Virus record (IMG/VR): IMGVR_UViG_3300045988_183628
Span: 13,454-45,453 of that record
Source: a virus
Length of the DNA stretch: 32,000 bases
Strand: one strand, 5' to 3'
How positions within the stretch are numbered: the first letter of the stretch is position 1; the number at the start of each line of letters is the position of its first letter. A program made the translations under genes and the position numbers. Shown piece after piece: positions 25,975 to 32,000 of the stretch. The notes beneath the pieces are model-generated. The model saw only the letters and a program-made list of their open reading frames with translations, was not told the origin of the DNA and ran no database searches.

Positions 25975-26856
25975 ATGAAAATCCGATTCTATACAAACAA
26001 CAAAGAAGCTATTGTATTCGACCTTGAGGATATTTTGAAGCAGCTCAACATTGAAGAGCAGGTAGCCACTGTCGGCCTTGTCATTGAAAAAGACGAGGCC
26101 GAGGTTGAGGCAATCGCTCAGACAATACAAGACGATTATCCGAACATGTATCTCCAGGCAAAAGAATACGGACGGAATCTGACCTTGGCTTGTGCGGAGC
26201 TTCCGAACCCTACTAACCCGGATATTGTAACCTACCTCTATGCGGGCGATGATGCTACGGAAACTGACAGTTGGATTGCGAAAGTGAACAACACAATTCG
26301 TGCGCAAGGGGATAACAGTGAACGGCTCATCCATATTGACTCGAATCTCGCTGCCGTGGTAGAAGCAAACGAAACGGAACAAGGATACTACGCTTCCACC
26401 GTGGCGCAGCATGACAAGGCTACAAACGAAATGCTGAGTTTTCGACAGATTGCAGAGTCGCTGGAAGCTGTTGGGGATAACTACAAGTACCAGAGCGCAA
26501 GCAACATTCTGACTGCAAGAACCAAAGCAGAGCGGAACTATATTGTCCGGCTTATCAAGATGTATTGCGACGATACTAAATACCTTGCTGGTTCTATGCC
26601 GCAAAGTGAGTACCCGTTCTGTGTCCAGAACGTTGACGCTCTGAACCAGCGTGATGCGCAGTGGTCCGAAATCAAAGAGTATCTTGCACAGGACGAGAAT
26701 CGCAACAAGCTGGATGTGATTCTTGGCTTCGTGCCGGATGCGGAGAGCGACAAGACTCTAATTCTGCACAGCATTGAAGAAAAAGGGAAGGCCATGTCTG
26801 ATTCTGAAATCGAAAAAGCATATAATTTGCTGTTTGGTGACTGTAGCAATGGATGA
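25975..26856 (+). CDS. Hypothetical protein (293 aa)
   Basis: RBS aggagg before ATG 25975; refined start of the 25888 ORF. Confidence 0.75.
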   Translation: MKIRFYTNNKEAIVFDLEDILKQLNIEEQVATVGLVIEKDEAEVEAIAQTIQDDYPNMYLQAKEYGRNLTLACAELPNPTNPDIVTYLYAGDDATETDSWIAKVNNTIRAQGDNSERLIHIDSNLAAVVEANETEQGYYASTVAQHDKATNEMLSFRQIAESLEAVGDNYKYQSASNILTARTKAERNYIVRLIKMYCDDTKYLAGSMPQSEYPFCVQNVDALNQRDAQWSEIKEYLAQDENRNKLDVILGFVPDAESDKTLILHSIEEKGKAMSDSEIEKAYNLLFGDCSNG

Positions 26857-26862
26857 ATAATC

Positions 26863-26890
26863 TTGCGCTTTCGTGCGAGACCCGTATAAT
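26863..26890 (+). promoter_or_regulatory. TGCGA-class promoter
   Basis: TTGCGC-TTTCG-TGCGA-GACCCG-TATAAT. Confidence 0.8.
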
Positions 26891-26897
26891 TTAGCTT

Positions 26898-26992
26898 GTA
26901 CGATAGATACCATCTACTAAGCACACTGTGTGCTCGTACAATTCACACTTCGCTTTTGGGCGGACTTCCCACACCGGGAGGTTCGCCTTTTT
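26898..26992 (+). promoter_or_regulatory. Structured 5' leader with terminator-like hairpin
   Basis: GTACGA...AGCACACTGTGTGCT...CGTAC, then GGCGGACTTCCCACACCGGGAGGTTCGCC + T run. Confidence 0.7.
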
Positions 26993-27015
26993 GCGTACAA
27001 AAAAGGAGTTTAACT

Positions 27016-27420
27016 ATGGATAACGTATGGACAAATCTTGGCAACCGACTCGAAACTGCTTGGAAAAGACCAACAAGGCCCAACTCTAAACGCCCGAAAG
27101 ACGGTGAAATCATCGACGAAGAGAAATCGGTGCGCTGGAACAGGGAAGAGGTCGTTCGCCGACAGAAAGCCTGGGATGCGGAATGCTCTCGGCTGAAGAA
27201 GGCGCAGAATGCAGAAATCGAACACATCTCGGAAGCTATCGAACTTCAAATTCAGGAAGACATCAAAGCCGAAACGAAACGCAGCATTTCCAAAAAGGCT
27301 GCAACCATCCTCTGGCAAAAAGCCTACGACCGTGGCCACGCCTATGGTTTCGCTGACATCTACTGTGCCATCGAGGACTACGAGGAGCTGGTTGTTGCCG
27401 TACTCACAAACGCTCGTTGA
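27016..27420 (+). CDS. Hypothetical protein
   Basis: RBS aaaggag before ATG 27016. Confidence 0.75.
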   Translation: MDNVWTNLGNRLETAWKRPTRPNSKRPKDGEIIDEEKSVRWNREEVVRRQKAWDAECSRLKKAQNAEIEHISEAIELQIQEDIKAETKRSISKKAATILWQKAYDRGHAYGFADIYCAIEDYEELVVAVLTNAR

Positions 27421-27436
27421 AAGAAAGGAAAATACC

Positions 27437-28246
27437 ATGAAGCTGAATGAATACCTCGCTAAAAATGCCGTCAAGCTGATGATTAAAGGCTCCGGAGAAA
27501 ATTATCCTCCACGCCAGACAAACGACCTCGGTATGTACGATTACGCCGAAGGTCTTGAAAACGTCATCGGCAAAATGGCTTGGATTTGCGATTATCGCGC
27601 AAATGCGGAGCCGACCAAAGGGCCAATTCGTAACATCAAACCTACCCCCGTTGTTGTTACGGATGCAAAAGAAACGAGCAAAACCATCTATTATTCTCCG
27701 GTCTATTTTCGGCCGGTAAATAAGGGTAAGATTTCTTCAACCGTCATTGCTCCCATGGATAAAACCGGGTATCGCTGCAACTCTGGTACTTCCGTCAACA
27801 TCTTCTACACGAAAGAAGAGTGCGTGAAGTGCTATCGGGAGCAGGTTCGACAGGCAAACGAGATTTATGAGAAAGAGAAGGCTCGCATCATCAAAGAGTT
27901 CGACGCTCGCATGCAGATTCTCAATGATTCTCTCACGCCGTTCAACGATGTCCCACAGAGCGACTACACCGTTGTTGCAAAAATGGATGTTACGAACGAT
28001 TCTCTCGGATACAATGAGAAAAATCGGCATTTTTATCTCGAGACGACCCGAACCATGATTCCGACTCGCTATACCATCGAAATGCTCAAGATGCAGGCAC
28101 TGATTGGCCTGGTGGATGAACTCCGTGCAAACACCACCTGGCAAAAGGGCGTCCCTTTCCGTATCCTTATCAGAACAACAGTTTTCGTGGATGGTATTGA
28201 AGATGTCAGCCAGGCCACAACGGAATCTCAAACCATTACCCTTTGA
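27437..28246 (+). CDS. Hypothetical protein (269 aa)
   Basis: RBS gaaagga before ATG 27437. Confidence 0.8.
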   Translation: MKLNEYLAKNAVKLMIKGSGENYPPRQTNDLGMYDYAEGLENVIGKMAWICDYRANAEPTKGPIRNIKPTPVVVTDAKETSKTIYYSPVYFRPVNKGKISSTVIAPMDKTGYRCNSGTSVNIFYTKEECVKCYREQVRQANEIYEKEKARIIKEFDARMQILNDSLTPFNDVPQSDYTVVAKMDVTNDSLGYNEKNRHFYLETTRTMIPTRYTIEMLKMQALIGLVDELRANTTWQKGVPFRILIRTTVFVDGIEDVSQATTESQTITL

Positions 28247-28266
28247 TGGACTATTAAGAGCGCACG

Positions 28267-28297
28267 CCCCGTCTATAGCCGTAAGGCTTAGGTGGGG
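28267..28297 (+). repeat. Transposon-end-like hairpin (family 1, copy B)
   Basis: CCCCGTCTATAGCC-GTAA-GGCTTAGGTGGGG. Confidence 0.65.
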
Positions 28298-28336
28298 AGG
28301 TTCACAAAAAAACAAAACAATACATATGTGAGGTAA

Positions 28337-30403
<2,067 letters not shown>

Positions 30404-30415
30404 GGAGGTCTCGGA

Positions 30416-30661
30416 ATGTACGACTTTGACCGCATCGTTAAGGCTGCGGAGTCCTGTGACTTTCACGGCGAATTTGCCTCCGACATCAAGCACTGTGAAA
30501 ATGCACTTAGCATGGGTGGTCTCATGGCCATCAATGCTGAATGTTGGCTTGACGTTCTGAACGCAATGCCGGATACCGAAATCGCAGAGTATGTCCGCAC
30601 CAAGTACAAGCCCGACCTCTTGAATCCGTTCAAGGGAACATCCTTGTATATTAAATCCTGA
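30416..30661 (+). CDS. Small protein, paralogue of 14209-14448
   Basis: EFASDIKHCENALSMGGLMAINAECWLDVLNAMPDTEIAEYVRTKYKPDLLNPF. Confidence 0.8.
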   Translation: MYDFDRIVKAAESCDFHGEFASDIKHCENALSMGGLMAINAECWLDVLNAMPDTEIAEYVRTKYKPDLLNPFKGTSLYIKS

Positions 30662-30668
30662 CCTACTT

Positions 30669-30703
30669 GCCGTCCACCCTTCACGGGGTGGGCGGCTCTT
30701 TTT
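30669..30703 (+). terminator. Rho-independent terminator
   Basis: GCCGTCCACCC-ttcac-GGGGTGGGCGGC + TCTTTTT. Confidence 0.8.
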
Positions 30704-30729
30704 GTCAAGACGTGCGAATCCGATAAAAT
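30702..30729 (+). promoter_or_regulatory. TGCGA-class promoter
   Basis: TTGTCA-AGACG-TGCGA-ATCCGA-TAAAAT. Confidence 0.6.
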
Positions 30730-30737
30730 GTTGTTGA

Positions 30738-30778
30738 CACCTCCCACGATTGAAATCGTGGGCTTTCCCGGCCTTCGC
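30738..30778 (-). repeat. IS200/IS605-end-like hairpin (family 2, copy F, inverted)
   Basis: CCTCCCACGAT-TGAA-ATCGTGGGCTTTCCCGGCC; reverse complement matches copy D. Confidence 0.6.
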
Positions 30779-30814
30779 TTGGTAAACTTTTTTCAAAAAA
30801 GTTTATACAGCTTC

Positions 30815-30842
30815 TTGACGGTGTGTGCGATACCCATAGAAT
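30815..30842 (+). promoter_or_regulatory. TGCGA-class promoter
   Basis: TTGACG-GTGTG-TGCGA-TACCCA-TAGAAT. Confidence 0.65.
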
Positions 30843-30899
30843 AGATAATGTAACAGAGATATCATTGATTTGCCATAGTTCATATTCCTCCTGGAAGAA

Positions 30900-30940
30900 G
30901 GACAGATGCCCATATTGGGTTTCTGTCCTTTTTCTTTTTT
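30900..30940 (+). terminator. Terminator-like hairpin in leader
   Basis: GGACAGATGCCCATATTGGGTTTCTGTCC + TTTTTCTTTTTT. Confidence 0.75.
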
Positions 30941-31167
30941 GAGGATTTCCGCAGATTTTCTGCGTTTAATATAGATTCATCCCACGGAATGTGGACTTCT
31001 GACAGCCGAAGGAAAGGCTGATTATATAGAATTGCTATGCTAATCAACATAGCACGCGTACACAGCGTCAATGTGTTTATATAAATGTTCCTGCACGCGA
31101 ACGCCGCGTTAAGAGCGTATTTATATATACCGTATAACAATTACAAACCTTCAAGGAGGACATTACC

Positions 31168-31536
31168 ATGATTCGAAACATAATTTAGCGAGTAGACACC
31201 ATCATTAGCAACCACGAAGCCAAAGCTAAGCAATATGCAGTTAGCTATGGTTCATTCGTTCACGGTCTAATTAAGACCTAGCTGAGCAAAGATGGTGTGA
31301 TACTCGCGCTCCTGCTGGAGCAAGTGAAACTGACCGATGCCGCGAAATTTCTGCTGCTTTTGGCAGTAGTATCAATCGCTGGCGCATTTCTTGTCAAGAA
31401 AGTCTTCAAAAACTACAGCCACATCAAAGGATTGGCAGAAAACTTTCTGAAATCAACCGATGTTTTCGGGGCTATCAAAGAGGCAGTTTCTGATATTGCC
31501 GATAGCTCCTGCAAAACAGACAACAAAAAAGAATAA
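31168..31536 (+). CDS. Membrane protein reading frame interrupted by two in-frame TAG codons (31186, 31279); possible amber-recoded gene
   Basis: RBS aaggagga-cattacc-ATG; MIRNII*RVDTIISNHEAKAKQYAVSYGSFVHGLIKT*LSKDGVILALLLEQVKLTDAAKFLLLLAVVSIAGAFLVKKV..., one continuous frame to TAA 31536. Confidence 0.6.
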
Positions 31537-31618
31537 TTACATCCCCATATATGGGGCTTAATTGCTGTGGAGATAAATTCGAGAGCAGCACGACAGCCCC
31601 ACGTTACGGGGTTATATT

Positions 31619-32000
31619 ATGGCTAAGAAGAATAACGTTAAGTTCAATGTTGGCCTCACTGATAAGTACTTTGATGCAGTATCTCGCCAGAACTTACCCA
31701 TGTGCGCTGCTGCAGATGAAACGATTGACAACGGCTTTTCCAACGCTATCGGCCTCATCAGCATGCTGGTCGCTATCGTTAAAGGACATGACAAAAACCT
31801 AATTGGTATGGTTATTGCCGACTGGGGTAAAGGAATGTCCAAGGAGAAGCTGCCGGAATGCCTGCAGTTCGGTAACGACCATACCAATGAAGGCCCGCTG
31901 TGCATCCACGGCGTTGGCTTGAACAACTTCATCCTTGTTGCTACCCGCAACAAGTATCCCTGGTTCATCGCTTCCAAGGAGCCTGGCGAGAGCACCTATC
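31619..32000 (+). CDS. GHKL/HATPase-family ATPase, N-terminal part, runs off the window
   Basis: ADETIDNGFSNAIGL, VIADWGKGMSKEKL, GPLCIHGVGLNNFILVAT; no stop before 32000, so absent from the ORF track. Confidence 0.75.
   Translation, partial: MAKKNNVKFNVGLTDKYFDAVSRQNLPMCAAADETIDNGFSNAIGLISMLVAIVKGHDKNLIGMVIADWGKGMSKEKLPECLQFGNDHTNEGPLCIHGVGLNNFILVATRNKYPWFIASKEPGESTY

Noticed and set aside
31551-31802. 83-aa plus-strand ORF and 31612-31995 minus ORF
   Set aside because: Overlap the better-supported GHKL ATPase frame starting at 31619.

Overview
The window looks like an accessory or early region of a large tailed phage (or phage-like element) infecting a gut Firmicute. It carries 40+ mostly co-oriented, tightly packed small ORFs and 18 recognisable tRNAs. 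Identifiable genes: NAD-dependent DNA ligase (ligA), an AAA+ ATPase followed by a PD-(D/E)XK-like nuclease, a RelA/SpoT-type HD hydrolase, a membrane-anchored phage-tail-type lysozyme, an ASCH-domain protein, a DUF4176-like protein, a DUF5684-like membrane protein, a secreted zinc-ribbon protein, several HTH proteins, and a GHKL ATPase cut by the right edge. Most notable observations: (1) an intact IscB (RuvC/HNH, PLMP domain) with an upstream HEARO/omega-RNA-like region, placed directly after a 5' fragment of a tnpB gene; (2) a protein whose C-terminus resembles the AcrVA2 anti-CRISPR family, plus a degraded second copy of that C-terminus; (3) a reading frame with an excellent RBS interrupted by two in-frame TAG codons, while none of about 42 assigned genes ends in TAG, suggesting amber recoding or strong TAG avoidance; (4) a nine-copy promoter signature TTGNNN-N5-TGCGA-N6/7-TANNAT, several copies followed by a conserved leader and a terminator-like hairpin before the gene; (5) a three-copy structured RNA motif with compensatory stem changes (CCGTCC/GGACGG, CCATCC/GGATGG, CCACCC/GGGTGG) in the non-coding tRNA-cluster DNA, possibly part of a large ornate ncRNA. 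All family calls come from reading motifs by eye; no database search was run.
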